From: Octopus vulgaris
Taxonomy: Eukaryota
Length of the DNA: 64,000 nt
Direction of reading: 5' to 3'
Assembly (NCBI GenBank): GCA_951406725.2
Contig: OX597827.1
Coordinates: 4,216,001-4,280,000 of the forward strand
Part shown: positions 39,313 through 55,009 of the stretch, piece by piece
Layout: each line of letters opens with the position of its first letter
Position numbering within the stretch: the stretch's first letter is position 1
Translations under genes and position numbers: made by a program
Notes under the pieces: generated by a model
The model's database searches: none
Seen by the model: only the letters and a program-made list of their open reading frames with translations
What the model was told of the DNA's origin: nothing

Positions 39313-40470
39313 TCATCATCATCATTTAACTTCCACTTTCCATGTTGGCATGGGTTGGATGATTTGACTGAAAACTGATAACCTAGGAGGCTGCACCAGG
39401 TTCTGATCTGATTTGGCAAAGTTTCTATGGCTGGATGCCCTTCTTAACGCCAACCACTCCAAGAGTGCAGTGGGTGTTTTTTATTTGCCACATGTTTTTT
39501 TTTTATGTGCCAATGACCTGACACCAGCATCGGCCACAACTACACCCTCAGTTAACTCGGCAGATCTACACAAGCACGGTATATCCCCCAAAATCTTGGT
39601 CATGTGTCCCTGCCTCCATGAGGCCCAATGCTCGAACAGTACTTTTTACATGTCACTGGCACAGCTGCCAGTCAGACGGCACTGGCTTCAGCCATGACTA
39701 CAATTTCACTCAGTTCAATAGATCTTAACAAGCACAGCATATCACCCAATGAGTGAAGAGTGCTTTCAACGGGCCAGTTACCCAACACTGGCATCAGCCA
39801 CAACTATGATCTCACTTGGCTTGAAGTCACTGCCTCCATGAGGCACAATGCTTGAATGGTGCTTTTTATGTGTCCCCAGCATGGGTGCCAGTCAGACAGC
39901 ACTGGCATTGGCCATGACTACAATTTCGTTCAGTTTGACAGGTTTTCATTAGCAAAGCATATCATCCAACAATTGAAGGGTGTTTTTAATGGACCATTTA
40001 CTCAACACCAGTATTGGCCATGACTATGGTCTCCCTTGGCTTGCCAGGTCTTCTCAAGCACAGCATATCTCCAAAGGCCTCGGTCGCTTTTCATTGCCTC
40101 TGTGAGACCCAATCTCATCCCATGTCTTCCTGGGTCTACCTCTTCTACAGGTTCCCTCCACTGTTAGAGTGCAACACTTCACACAGCTTCACGGGTACAT
40201 CTTATGCAGTTTCTACCTACTGCTTTTCTACAGATCAAGCAGGGTCATCTATCTGAAAGGATTTGTGATTTGTCCATCTTCCTACTCACTAATACTTTGG
40301 TTTTTGCTAGATTAACTCATTTTCTCTCACACACTGTCTTGCAATTCGAAACACTTCAAGTCTCTAGTCCTCATAACACAGGACATTGGCAAATCTCTTT
40401 TTTTCTGCTTCCCCTTTGGCTAAGTAAACCTGTCTCCTAGCTTCCCTTCTGGCTATCTGATACAGTTCCC
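39313..40470 (-). mobile_element. RTE LINE fragments (3' UTR, C-terminus and an internal ORF piece)
   Basis: (CAT)n tail at 39313, homologous to 57296-57790. Positions 40330-40470 translate RELYQIARREARRQVYLAKGEAEKKRF. Confidence 0.72.
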
Positions 40471-40479
40471 TGATAAAAA

Positions 40480-41075
40480 TCAAACATCCAGTCAACATCA
40501 TGGTGTTTGGAGTGATCACTAGTGATGGCAACATTATGCCTCCCGTCATCTTGCCACATGGCCTCAGTCTCAACATGGAGGCCTACATCATGTGCCTGAA
40601 GTAGGTAGTTTTGCCCTGAGTCAAGAGGGTGACTGCTGGAAGACCCTGTGTCTGACAAAAGGGCTCTGCACCATGCCACACATGCAAGAGAACTCAGTCA
40701 TGGTTGTCAGACAATTTCTGCAACCACATCACCCTTAACATCCAGCCACCTAACTCCCCAGACTGCAATCCCCTTGATTATTATGTGAAGGGTGCACCAG
40801 AACTCCTTATAACAGCAAATATGAACTGAAGGCAAGGATTATGACAGCATTCACCAACTTAAACAAGGAGACCGTCCAGAAGAATTGCAGGAGATTCCAA
40901 AGTCGTCTGGAGGCCGTGGTTGAAGCCAATAGCTAATCTATTAAATAAATTTACTCGTTAGTATTTCAAGACATTTTTATGTAATTTTGGTAAATATATC
41001 TGTCAAAATGAGATGTCAAGTGTTATTTTCATTTTTGCGTAATTTAGATGACAGTTTATTCACTGCTCCCTGTGA
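40480..41075 (+). mobile_element. DD37D (maT-like) transposase relic with right terminus
   Basis: KHPVNIMVFGVITSDG...SAPCHT...PPNSPDCNPLDYYV. Combining both copies gives 37 residues between the second and third catalytic D. Confidence 0.8.
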
Positions 41076-41479
41076 TACATATACGTATGTATGTATATGT
41101 ACACACACACACACACACACACACATGAATGTATACAAGTATGGATATGCTTATTTATATAGCTTACATACACACGCAAAATTTATGCCAATCATTCCTT
41201 TTATTGTAGAATCAGTTCAACAGTTATTTTCCTTATTGCAGAATAAATATTTCTAATGCAAAATTATTAGAAAATGAATGGCAGAATATTTTACAGAGAA
41301 AAACAGAGAATTTTTGAGAGTTGATGAAAGAATGAATGCTCTCCCCTGGTTGGAGCTGAGCGCAAAATTGTGTGTTTGTGTGTGTGTGTGCGTGTGTGTG
41401 TGGAAGCCTTCTGCTTATGGCTTTACATTGTTTCAATCGATTGACAGTGGCCATGCTGGGGCTTTTATTTTATGTATCA

Positions 41480-41757
41480 CATATATGTACACACACACAT
41501 ACGTACACACATATACATACACACACACACGCACACATACACACACATACACATACGCACACATACACACACATACACATACACATACACACATACACAT
41601 ACACACACATACACACACACACACAGACACATGCACACACACATACACTCACACATACACACACACATACATACACACACATACACACACACATACACAC
41701 ACACACATACACACACACATATACACACACATACATACACACACGCATGCACACACA
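41480..41757. repeat. (CA)n/(CATACA)n microsatellite
   Basis: Direct reading. Confidence 0.95.
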
Positions 41758-42287
41758 AGTAATTTTTAGAATTAGTTTCACATGTTCAATGAAAGTTGTA
41801 GAACAACGATCGAAGAATTGTCAAATATTTAAGCACCGAAACAAAACAACATCATCAAATTCCTTATAGATGATGCTCTACCATGTAGGAATTTATAATG
41901 TTCAAATAGAGTAGGTATTCAAAGGAGGAAGAAAGGTTTGCATTGAGAAAGAAAAAGCCTGGAAGGCTACAATAAATTTAGGAAACTGTGAAGTTCTTTG
42001 ACAATTGTTTATGAGAATATCTTTGGAAAAAAAAATGGTCTTTTCTGGTATGCTGGAAGAAACGTTTTGACAATTATGGTTGTTATATAGAGAAATTATA
42101 TGTTTATAATATGTCCAGAATGTATATTTATATATCATTTATATTTATTGATATATTTATCCCTCAGGTAAGGGACTATTAACCAGCCACACACACACAC
42201 ACACATACACACACACACATATATATATATATATATTTAAGAAATAAGTGCTTGTGTTTGTTTGTGTGTATGTGTATGGGCGTGTGT

Positions 42288-42333
<46 letters not shown>

Positions 42334-42819
42334 ATTTGTGTATGGATGTATGTACCTCTCTGTACATGATACATATGTATATCTCCGTCTGTCTGTGTGT
42401 CTACCTACCTATCTACATACATACCTACCTGCCTGGTTATCTATTTATCTGTTTGTCTATATGTATGAATTTACACACACACACACACACGTATACAAGC
42501 TCATATACATTTATGTATGTATACTTCATCACAATCACCATCCAACCCATATTGATGTGGGTTGGATGGGTTGACAGGATCCAGCAGGCTGTAGAAAAAC
42601 GAGTTCCAGCGTCTGCTTTGGTATGATCGATGTCGGGAAGGGTGTCCTTCTCGACATCAACCATTTTACAGAGGGTACCAGCTACCTTTTTTTATGATAC
42701 CCACACCAGTAAGGTCACTAAATAAATTGAAAGACAGAAAAAGAAGAATCCCACTAAACTGTGTGGGGTTGTGGTAGAAGGTAAGGTATCATTATAGCAG
42801 ATGTTGAAAGGCTAAAGTA

Positions 42820-43351
<532 letters not shown>

Positions 43352-44164
43352 CGGCACATGTGTCTTGCTAGAAGAGATCTGTGGCTACCTTCTTTTATAC
43401 AGAACTGGGTGAGTGCCGTTAGGTTAGTTGGCTGAGAGTGTGAAGGTGAGTAAATCCAGTCACCTGGGTCATCTATAAGATGATTGCATTTACCTGTATG
43501 GTTCAAATGCAACACAGGTTCAACTTAACATTTGGATACTTCTGGGGGTGAGTATAATACGTACTCTTCATGTATTGAGATGATATATTAAAGTACTAGT
43601 TGCATACTGAGGTTGATGGGACTGACTAGACCCCCTCCACACATTTCAGGTCTTGTGCTTGTAGTAGAAAGGATCATCATCATCAACATCATCATCATCA
43701 TCCTTATCTTCATTATTATAATAAGTTGGGTGAGGTGGCTGAATCGAAGGTACATTGCTTAGTGGCAATTTTCCTGGCTATTTACCCTCTGAGCTCACAT
43801 TCCACTGATGTTGAATTTACCTTTTGTCTTGTCAGGGGTCAATAAAATATAATACCAGACAAGTATTGGGGTCAATATAAGCATTTCTCTTTCTCTCTGT
43901 CTCTCCTACAAAAGATTTGAAACAATTAATATTATTATTGTCCTTGTTGTTGTTACTGTTGTTGTTGTTTTTATCATTATCACAAGAATGATTGATCAGC
44001 TGAATTGATAGGGCATCATATAAAATGCTTTTCAACAGATAAAATTCCTTTTGGGGCCAATTACACAAAGTAAGATTCAAGTTCTGGAGTTGATGCTATC
44101 AAGTAACTCCCTGCGCCTCCCAAATTGCAAGTCTTGCACCTATGTTTAGTAGAAGCAATTATTA

Positions 44165-44195
<31 letters not shown>

Positions 44196-44464
44196 AGCTG
44201 ACTTGTGAGACTATTATATGTTATTAAATATTAAAGCCTTCTAAAGTACAGAGTATCACAGTTTGTGGGTCTGAGACCTACAACGAAAAACTGGTACATA
44301 ATGTAGAATATTACTATCAAATGATTATAAAATACAAGTGAATACAGCAGCAGGTGGGTTATAAACGATAAATACACACACACACACACACACACTCACA
44401 CATACACACACACACACATACACACACACATATACATACATATATATATATATATATGCATAAG

Positions 44465-44506
<42 letters not shown>

Positions 44507-44978
44507 TACATATATATATATATATGCATAAGTACACATATACACACACACACACATACATATACATACATATATATATATATATATATATGCATAAGTA
44601 CACATATATACTCACACACACACACATAAAGACAGATACATATATACAATCAATCACACACACTCTATTCTGTGAATGTGTGTGACTGCTTGAATATGTT
44701 ATTGTGTGTATGTGTGTGTGTTTGTGTGTGTGTCTATGCATGTGCATGCTGCATTTCAAAATGTGATCCTAGCAGTGTTATTGCAACTATTAATAACAAG
44801 CTCATCTTACATTATTGTTTACTTTATAAATATTTAGTAAGAATGATTCTTATACAATATAAGGTTTCAAAGACTTTTCTTATGTAGCTTCAGGGCCTGG
44901 CTGCTGTCCTTCACTCTATGAGAAATACTGAAGTCATATATTAGTGAGTGCACTGTAGAACCATATATATATGTGTGT

Positions 44979-45060
<82 letters not shown>

Positions 45061-45113
45061 TATATATATATATACAAATACATATATAGATATATATATA
45101 TATAAATATATAC

Positions 45114-45165
<52 letters not shown>

Positions 45166-45168
<3 letters not shown>

Positions 45169-45448
45169 TCATCATCATTTAGCGTCCGCTTTCCATGCTA
45201 GCATGGGTTGGACGGTTTAACTGGGGTCTGGGAAGCCAGAAGGCTGCATCAGGCCCAGTCTGATCTGGCAGTGTTTCTATGGCTGGATGCCCTTCCTAAC
45301 GCTAACCACTCCGTGAGTGTATATACATATATATATACATATATATATATGTAGGTAACTATATATGTATATATGTCTATATATGTAAGAAGGTGTATGC
45401 GTGTGTGTGTGTGTATATATATATACATACATATATCACACATCACAT

Positions 45449-45480
<32 letters not shown>

Positions 45481-46072
45481 TTAACGTCCATTTTCCATGC
45501 TGGCATGGGTTGGACTATTCGACTGGGGTCTGGGAAGCCAGGAGGCTGCACCAGGCTCCAATCTGATCTGGGAGTGTTTCTACAGCTGGATGCCCTTCCT
45601 AACACCAACCACTCTGAGAGTGTAGTGGGTACTTTTTACACGTGACTGGCATGGAAACCAGTCAGGTGGCACTAGCATCGGCTATGTTCGGATGATGTTT
45701 TTTACATGCTACTGGCACAGGAGCCTGTTGGGGCAGGGAGGCAGGCATTGACTGCATTTGATGGTACTTTTTACGTGCCACTGGCAAGGGGAGCCAGTCA
45801 GGTAGCACTGGCAATGACTCACACATGCATGGTGCTTATTGCGTGCCACCAACACAGGAGCCAGACAGGAGGCACTGGCATCAGCCATTAAATACAATTT
45901 CCATTTGATTGTGATTTGATTTGATTTTGATTTTGATTTTACCTGACTCAATAGGTCTCCTCAAGTATGGAATGTCGCCCGGCAAATTGAAGGTACTTTT
46001 TAAATGGGTGGTTATGCGACACTGGTATAGGCTACAGCTCTGATCTCACTTTACTTGCTTGGTCTTCTCAAT
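45166..46072 (-). mobile_element. Two RTE LINE 3' fragments (45166-45320 and 45451-46072)
   Basis: Both begin with (CAT)n then TTTA(A/G)CGTCC..TTCCATGCT on the plus strand. Confidence 0.78.
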
Positions 46073-46829
46073 CACATACACACACACACATACAAACACA
46101 TTCACAAACACATGCACAAACACAGGTGCTGGTACGGTTGGTTGATTAAAAAGTTTACTTCACAACAATCTGGTTTGGGTTCAGTCCTGTTGTGTGGCAC
46201 CTTGGGCAAGTATTTTCCTCTATAGCCTTGTCAGTGGATTTGGTAGAAGAGATCCCATCATGTGTGTGTGTGAGAGAGAGAGAGAGACAGAGAGAGACAG
46301 AGAGAGAGAGAGACAGAGAGAGATAGAGAGAGAGAGAGGAGAGAGAGAGAGAGTATGTATATGTATGTGTGTACTCTTGTCCTGCAAGTGAGGATGTTTG
46401 TTTCCAGCCTTCCATGAAAACATGCATAAAAATGGGGGGAAAATTAACCTTGCTGGGAAACAGGTGAGGCCTGGCAACAGAAAGGGGATCCAGCCATAGA
46501 CATCCGCCTTCTGTCTGACCCTTTGCAAACTATGGAAAAGGGGACATTAAATGATGATGATGATGATGCTGACACATATGACAATGACAATGATAATAAT
46601 ATATTCATGTTTACATGTGTATCTCTGTAATAATGCATATGAATATTATATTGTTTATGTTTTTACTTAGTTCTGGAGCAGACCTGACGATGTAGATCAG
46701 CGACAAAAGACATCGTAACCATAAATATCTTTTTATTTTGAGGCATTGTGCACCTCAGACTACATTATCCAATGTGATCTGTTTGCAAGCTGCTGGAGAT
46801 TTGACTGTTATATCTAGGTCTTTTGGAAG

Positions 46830-46891
<62 letters not shown>

Positions 46892-46920
46892 TTCTCTTTG
46901 TGTTTTCATGTTTGGATTAA

Positions 46921-46970
<50 letters not shown>

Positions 46971-47002
46971 TATACATATATATTATATATATATATATAT
47001 TT

Positions 47003-47077
<75 letters not shown>

Positions 47078-47969
47078 CAAGGTGTTGCAAAGACTTCCTC
47101 ATTTTTGTGAATATTATGTACTATTTATTTTTGTGCACATATGTATGTATGTGTATATATGTGTGTATCTGTGTGTATGAGTGTGTCTAATGTGTGTGTG
47201 TTTGTATGTGTATGTGTAAGCAAATGTGTGAGTGTGCGTCCGTTTGAAATATAGAGATAAGGAATGACACAGAATGGAAACGATGGAGAAAGAAAAAAAC
47301 ACAAAGAATCAATGTTTCCTTCAATATCCTTTGATGAGTAGTTGTAGGGATGTGTTCATGTGTGTGTGTGTGCTTGTGTGTGTGTGTGTGTGTGTGCGTG
47401 TGTGTTGTTGTTGTTTGGAAAACTGACAACTACTACTGACAATCTAGAGGAGAATCTCTGCTGTTTCTTGTCTTTTACAATATAAATAATGCAATATGTA
47501 ATACAACTTTCAGCAGCTGTGAATCAAATAGACAAAGGGAAGATAACCCCATTCAGAATTCTGTTGCCTACAAAGCTGAAACGTCACAAAATGATGACGA
47601 CGATGATGATGATGTGTGTGTGTGTGTTTGTGTTTGTATGTTTGTCACCACATGCATGTTGTTTGCTGTTTTTTTTTTGTCATTTTCTTTTTATTTTTAG
47701 TAGAAAATGTATTATCTATATATATTCACACATTTAAATACAGCTGTGCCCCTGAATAACATGTGCACACACGCATGTAAACACACACACACTTAAATCA
47801 AAATATGTACATATGTAAATCACATGGTTTGTCCTTTATATATATATGCGTGTGTTCTTATCAGCATATATATATATGTATGTATATATGTGTGTGTGTG
47901 TAGACATACATGCATACATACATACGTGTGTGTGTGTGTATACATGTACATATGTATGAATGTGTGTGC

Positions 47970-48011
<42 letters not shown>

Positions 48012-48024
48012 CAAAATCGAAATC

Positions 48025-48384
48025 GTTCAACATCAATGGGAATTGTAGCTGTGATACCAGTGCCAGTAGCACGTAAGAGAACCATCCGAACATGGCTGTT
48101 GCCAGGGCCCCCCGACCGGCCTCCATGCTGGTGGCACGTAAAAAGCACCATCCGATTGTGGCCGTTTGCCAGCCTCGTCTGGCACCTGTGTCAGTGGCAC
48201 ATAAAAGCACCCACTGCACTCACGGAGTGGTTGGCGTTAGGAAGGGCATCCAGCTGTAGAAACATTACCAGATAAGACCAGAGCCTGGTGCAGCCTTCTG
48301 GCTTCCCAGACCCCAGTTGAACCGTCCAACCCATGCTAGCATGGAAAACGGATGTTAAACGATGATTATGATGATGATGATGAT
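48025..48384 (+). mobile_element. RTE LINE 3' fragment
   Basis: Reverse complement of the 42851-43176 type, with (GAT)n tail. Confidence 0.8.
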
Positions 48385-48485
48385 ATATTAACAATGTTAA
48401 TAATAAAGATTACTATGAAGTTGCATAACATTACCTTTAATTCTTTAATTTACACACCACCTTACATAGACTGACACATGTTTCA

Positions 48486-48526
<41 letters not shown>

Positions 48527-48774
48527 GTACTTATGTATTTATACACACACACACACACACACGGATGGACGGACGGACAGACAGATAGATAGATAGAGTG
48601 TACTGTAAACTGTTTGGCTTTAAGGAGGGTATCTAGTCATAGAAACATAGATATATATATATATAGATATACAAATATGCATATTTATTTACATTTATAT
48701 GTAAATCAAAACATGCAAATCTGTATGTGTACTGACTCCAGATACTTCCACATATACATACAACCGCTGTTGAA

Positions 48775-48862
48775 ATTCCTGTGGAGGAGCCTTGGATCTA
48801 GGTTGGAAACAGGCTCATTCTCAATTGGCAGGAAATCTAGAAATAAAGCTTAATAATCACAT
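48775..48862 (+). mobile_element. Short 3' terminus of the R4/Dong-like element
   Basis: GGAGCCTTGGATCTA...AATAAAGCTTAATAATCAC matches the reverse complement of 28931-29020. Confidence 0.65.
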
Positions 48863-49499
48863 ACATGTATACTTACTCACACACAGACACACACACACTT
48901 CATAGTTTATTATTTCACTTTGGTATAATGATACTAATAACCTGGTGTTAGAACTCAGTATACATAGGCTACAGAAAAAAAGCAACAGCTGAGTACAAAA
49001 CAGTAGTAAGAAATTAAATAAATGACAAGAGAAGAAACAATTATATCATGAGCTTCATTGGCTAACAGTTGTTTCTGCTATAGGTTGTAATGCACTCATA
49101 TTTGCATGTTTATGTATCAAGTTTGTTTCTGAATCACATAGATTCAATTTCAGTCCCACCTGGGCAAATGTCTTTTGTTGTGGCCCCAACACAACCAGAT
49201 CCCTGTGCAGAGATTTGGAAACTGAAAGATGCCTGTTGCCTTTTGTATATATGTATATGGGTATGCATGTTTTTGCATCCTCTTCTTGACATTGTGTGAC
49301 ATCATCTTGTTCTGAAATAAGTGAGGGTTGGTAGCAGGAAGGGCATCCAGCCATAGAAAATCTGGTTCAACGAACTCTATCTGACCTATGCTGGCATGGA
49401 AAAGTGGACATTAAAATGATGATGATGATGATTACATAATATGTGTGTGTGTGTGCATGCATGTATGTTACACATCATAATCATTATCATGATGATCAT

Positions 49500-50280
49500 C
49501 GTCTGGTACATCAGGGAAAATTTCGTTCAAATGTTTTTCTGAAGACATCAACATCTTCATCTCACAGATCTCTGAGATTGTTTAACCAAGTGTTGTGAAG
49601 TTGTGGGCCTTTGAATCCTAAGTTGTTACATTACATATCCTTGATTCTCAAGCAGGGTTCATATGACCCTTTGTGATCCATAGATTTTGTTGTTAAAATT
49701 TATGTGCAATAAACTGGTTATATTTTCACAGTACACAAAATATTTAAACATTTTTATTTACAATTCCTAATAACATGTAATCATAAAAATATAATTGGAG
49801 TTTTTAGACACCCAATGGTTATAATGGTTACACTCTCCTGAGAAAAATAAGAATTAAAGAGATCCATAGTCAAAAAATGGTTGAGAACAACTGCTGGAGA
49901 TGGAGAGGACAGAATCTTTGGTACAATGCAGTGGCATCCAGTTCAGTGGTCGACATAGCTTTCAGTCCTAAAGCTGGGAGCTCAGCTTTCCTGGATCTTT
50001 CGTTTATAAATATCACAGCACATCTATCGCATCTTCTCTCAAGGAAGTAGAGCCTGAGTTATTTTACCCTCTCCTTGTTGCTCATCTGTTGCTCTTAGTT
50101 AATCTTTTTTGTATAGTAGTACTTGATTGCAATGAGTTCTTGATTTAGTCTGACACTTTGTGGTCCACCACAGTTGGAACCAATAAACACAGGCAGCTGA
50201 GAATAAACGTTGTCCACAAGAGTAAAATGGTATCCTTTCATTTCACCTAGTTTTGAACAATATCAGAATACAACCAGCCT
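49500..50280 (-). mobile_element. Old CR1/L2-group LINE fragment interrupted by a probable hAT-like MITE (~49650-49895)
   Basis: Minus-strand CNNLGFKGPQL and LRLYFLERRCDR motifs; homologous to 11450-11590. Confidence 0.6.
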
Positions 50281-50400
50281 CTCAACTGCACAGTGTTGTG
50301 ACCTTAGTGATAAGCACATGAAATGGTGCATCATTTCTCATATAGATATACTCATCATCATCATCATCATTTAATGTTCGCTTTGCATGCTGGTACGGTC

Positions 50401-50459
<59 letters not shown>

Positions 50460-50670
50460 TTTAGCAGAAGCAACAGAGTGACTCAGGGACTGAAAGTTTT
50501 ATGTGTTGGCACTAATCAAACTCGTTTGTTTCTGTTAGTCCATTTTTCCTGTTTGCATCACCATTGATTCTAAAGTTTGGGCCTACTAGTTTTGGTCAAC
50601 ATAAAACGTACATTTACGTTATACCACTGGTATTTGAGTACTCTTTTTTCCACCTTGTTTCACATTTATG

Positions 50671-50875
<205 letters not shown>

Positions 50876-50960
50876 ATCCAAACAAGAAAGCACAAAAAAA
50901 CGCGATGATGTGGAACAAATATAGTATTATTGGACGCTCAGGAAAGAAGGAAAGAAGGGG

Positions 50961-50995
50961 GTTTAACGTTTCGAGCAGAGCTCTTCGTCGGAAAC
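50961..50995 (-). ncRNA. Minimal type-I hammerhead-like motif in a Penelope-type repeat fragment (50871-51060)
   Basis: Minus strand GTTT-CCGACGA-A-GAGC(TCT)GCTC-GAAACGT-T-AAAC, with palindromic ACGT stem III. Confidence 0.55.
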
Positions 50996-51197
50996 ATAGG
51001 AGAAGGGAAGACAGAGGAAAAAAAATCGCCAACGGTACACACGAGGTCACATTTTGAAATATATATATATTCCATTATATATATATTTTGTTTTTTTATC
51101 TAGTTTCCAATTGCATATATACATACATATATACATATGTGTGTGTGTATACACTTTAGCAATGAAGAATGGTGACATTGACTCTAAAGTTTGGCCG

Positions 51198-51234
<37 letters not shown>

Positions 51235-52055
51235 ATACACACACGGAAAAGTGACTTAAATAAGGAAATTAACAGGTAGAATGTGAAGATATTATAACCA
51301 ACTTAGGATTCTTACAGTTACAACGTATTATTCGAATACCTGCTGCAAATCACATTGAAACATTAAAAGAGAAATCGTTAGACAATTCTCAACACGATTG
51401 GAGTGAAGCTGCTTGTAAGGGAGAGAACCCTGCACTGGCTTAACAGACAAATTCGCCAAAACTATTTTCAATAGCAGAAACATTATCACCAGCATCATCA
51501 CCATGAGCAGCAGCAACAACAAGGAGCAAAGCAAAAGTCTTCCATGTGGTCGCTTCTGTTTGCTAGAAATAACAGCTAGATTTCTCATCTTGCCTGCTCT
51601 AACTGTGCTGACTTGGGGTGGACATCATCATCATCATCATCATCATTGTTGTAGTTTTTATCATCATTGTCATTTTTTAAAAATTATCAATGCTTGTTTT
51701 TATTAATGCTTTTCTTTATTATCAATGCTATTTTCTTTTTTAGGTTGGAGTGGGTTTGATAGGTCTTCTGTATCCTCTGCTGCTAACTAACTCGGTCTTT
51801 TAACATTTTATTTATGAGGTCCTGTATGCAGATATTGGATTCTAATCGCATAAGTAATTTCTTTGGCAATCTCTCTTCCACTGGTCATAGACAACAGTTT
51901 TTATCCAGTATTTCTATCAGTGTGGAAAAGTAAAAATAATACTCCAACATTGATGATGATGATGATGACAGTGATGATGTTGATGATAATTATGTCAATG
52001 ATTATGATGACAGCAATGCTGATGACGATAATGATGATGACAGAATCAACAATGA

Positions 52056-52089
<34 letters not shown>

Positions 52090-52172
52090 GGTGGTGGGGA
52101 TGAGGAGGGGAGGGGAATGACAATGGTGATGGCAATGGCAACACTGATGATGATGACAATGACAATGATGAC

Positions 52173-52203
<31 letters not shown>

Positions 52204-52559
52204 ACAATGGTAACGAAGATGATTATGATGACAACTGATTATGATGATGATGATGATGATGAAAATAGTGACAGTGATGACAATGATGATGATGATGACG
52301 ACAATGATGATGATATCTGTTGTTATTCATCCCACAAACTATCTAACATTCGAGCACGGACATCTCTCTTCTCGGCACAATTTACTGAATGGATTTAATA
52401 ACCAATCCTTCTTTCAATTCAAATCTGCTCCACCTTACTCACTGAGGTTGACTTTGTCTTTCGTCCTTTCAAGGTCAATAAGTTCCAGCTGAGCACTGGG
52501 GTCAATGTAATCAACAATCCCCATCCCCCAAAATTTCAGGCCTTGCGCCTATAGTAGAA

Positions 52560-52963
52560 AGGAGTGGCTGTGTGGTAAGTAGCTTGCTAACCAACCACAT
52601 GGTTGCGGGTTCAGTCCCACTGCGTGGCACCTTGGGCAAGTGTCTTCTGCTATAGCCCCGGGCCGACCAATGCCTTGTGAGTGGATTGGTAGACGGAAAC
52701 TGAAAGAAGCCTGTCGTATATATGTATATATATGTATATGTATGTGTGTGTGTTTGTGTGTCTGTGTTTGTCCCCCTAGCATTGCTTGACAACCGATGCT
52801 GGTGTGTTTACGTCCCCGTGACTTAGCGGTTCGGCAAAAGAGACCGATAGAATAAGTACTGGGCTTACAAAAGAATAAGTCCTGGGGTCGAGTTGCTCGA
52901 CTAAAGGCAGTGCTCCAGCATGGCCGCAGTCAAATGACTGAAACAAGTAAAAGAGTAAAAGAG
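52560..52963 (+). mobile_element. Octopus-type tRNA-derived SINE
   Basis: Near-identical to 59666-60081. Confidence 0.88.
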
Positions 52964-53400
52964 AATGTCATACAAATAACACCAGCAAATAACAGCCATC
53001 TTATTTCTCTCCTTACGATAGAGAGGTCTTGCTGGATGCCACCGCTGCTTGTGCTAAAGAACTTGAGAACAATAAGGGTTACAGTTGCACTGAGGTGAAA
53101 CGTGTTGGTAAATACATCAAGAGTGTGAACCCTCTTCCTGTGAAGAGCACAAAAGGGTCTCTTTCACAAGACCAGTATTGTCATGTCTGCTTCTCAAAGG
53201 CTGGCCTACTCAGCCACAAGTGGGGTCAAAAAGGTGCCCCTATCTACCAACGAGATATCCAGCCTGACCTCTCGTGCACCTTTTGTGAAGGGGTTGGCAA
53301 GTGTGAATCCCTCAACATATTAGGTCCCATCATCCAGCTGTTGCTGCTGCTGCTGGGTGGGGAAGACTGAGTGGTGGTCAATGTGCAAGGATTCTGATCA
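52964..53400 (+). mobile_element. Decayed LINE C-terminus with zinc-finger remnants (RTE/BovB-like)
   Basis: ERSCW, YCHVCFSKAGLLSHK and LSCTFC resemble the DR..W and C2H2 (GL.SH) endings of RTE-clade ORFs. Confidence 0.45.
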
Positions 53401-53582
53401 TCAACTCTTAAGTCTCTTGCTGGCTTTAGGAACTGTGTGAAACATCATCTGTGGATGCAGAGAGCAAACCTGCCACGTTTGTTAGAGTGAAATGGACCTA
53501 GAAAAGTGCTCTTGTTCAGTCACAGTTCAGCTTCTACAATGTGTGTGTGTGTGAGGGGTCGTGGTGTTATGTGTGTGTGTGT

Positions 53583-54560
53583 GATTATTCTGTTTTATTT
53601 CAAGATTTCTTGCCAATAGATCCAAGGCTCCTTCATTGTACTTTTAACAACATCAAAAGGGTATTTTTGTATGTATGTATATATGTGTGTATATGTGCAG
53701 ATTTGTATGCTTTGCTTTATGTATACCTTCTCATGCATATAGTCGCATAACTCCACCCGTCTAACACCCGTGGACATATTTACAAAGTCAGAAAACAGCA
53801 CAGCTCCCATCACTTCAGGAAACATTTTTTCATGCTGAGAGTTGCTGAAGCATGGAACAAACTGCCGGCATCAGTTGTTAGTTGTCGGAGCACTGCATCC
53901 TTCAAAACTTCCATGCTTTCTGAGATTCGCCAACACTACACCTGATTTTCTCCCCTCCATACACACACAAGCATGTATCTGACTCATATATTGTTCGCTT
54001 TCCAAACATTTATACATTACTCCATATGCTTTATATGCATTTTCTGACAAGTTGTGGAGCACCTGAGCACTGTATACAATGATTTCATTATTATTTTTTT
54101 TTTATGTTCATATATACTTCTGGTATGTTTTACAGATTTTTCCAGTTCCACTATTGGCTTGGATCTGTAGTTTCTGAATTAGTTTTCTCCTTTCTGGCTT
54201 TGAAAAGTCTAATTTCTCAAGATTGGTATTTAGGCAGTGTGCTACATATCCCAGGGCCCCTGTAATTACAGGTATAAACCTGAACTTGTAATCTGGATAG
54301 AGTAACTGCAGATTTCTCAGTAGTTCAGCATAGATATTCTCTTTTTCACTGATCTTCAGCTTTATGTTAACATCTGCTGGGTAGCTAATTTCAACAACTG
54401 TACACAGTTTCTCTTCTCTATCCCAAATCATTATATCAGGTCTGTTGTGCTTACATTTTATTGAGGTCTTCACTGGGACATTCCACCAGTATTCCTTTTT
54501 ATTAGGAGTGGCTATGGATTCTACCATACTGTGGGTTCTTATTTCTTTGTCCTCAGGTTT
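53583..54560 (-). mobile_element. R4/Dong-like LINE 3' end (restriction-like endonuclease) split by a CR1 insertion
   Basis: ORF 54108-54746 contains EYWWNVPV...HNRPDIMIWDRE..CTVVEIS.P.D......EK...Y.EL...IPVITGALG (PD..E..D/K RLE pattern). The 3' UTR resumes at 53583-53748. Confidence 0.88.
53749..54103 (+). mobile_element. CR1 LINE 3' fragment (same family as 9437-10002)
   Basis: Reverse complement of ~9450-9790, with (ATT)n/T tail. Confidence 0.88.
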
Positions 54561-54605
54561 ATATGTATGTATGTATGTATGTATGTATATATGCATGTAT
54601 GTATG

Positions 54606-54639
<34 letters not shown>

Positions 54640-55009
54640 TGTATGTATGTATGTATGTATGTATGTATGCATGTATGTATTACGTCAGCTTGTTCCCTGG
54701 CTGCTGTATGTTTATGCAAACCACCTCTAATGTTACAACTATGCATTCTTTTATTTAATTTGACAGCGACGAGGAAGAGATAGAATTCTTGTAGCTGAGA
54801 TTTACCTCAGGAAATTGAGGTTAACATTGGAAATGACCAAATGTAAGAGACAATTTGAAAAAAGATATAGAAGTAAATAAATAAATGAAGAATTAAAGAA
54901 ATATGTGTGTGTGTGTGTGTGTGTATAAAGGAAACTGAAGCTGGGTTTGCTGTTCATTGTATAACCATTGGATGGTATTGAGGAACTGGCACAAACTAGG
55001 AAATGATAA

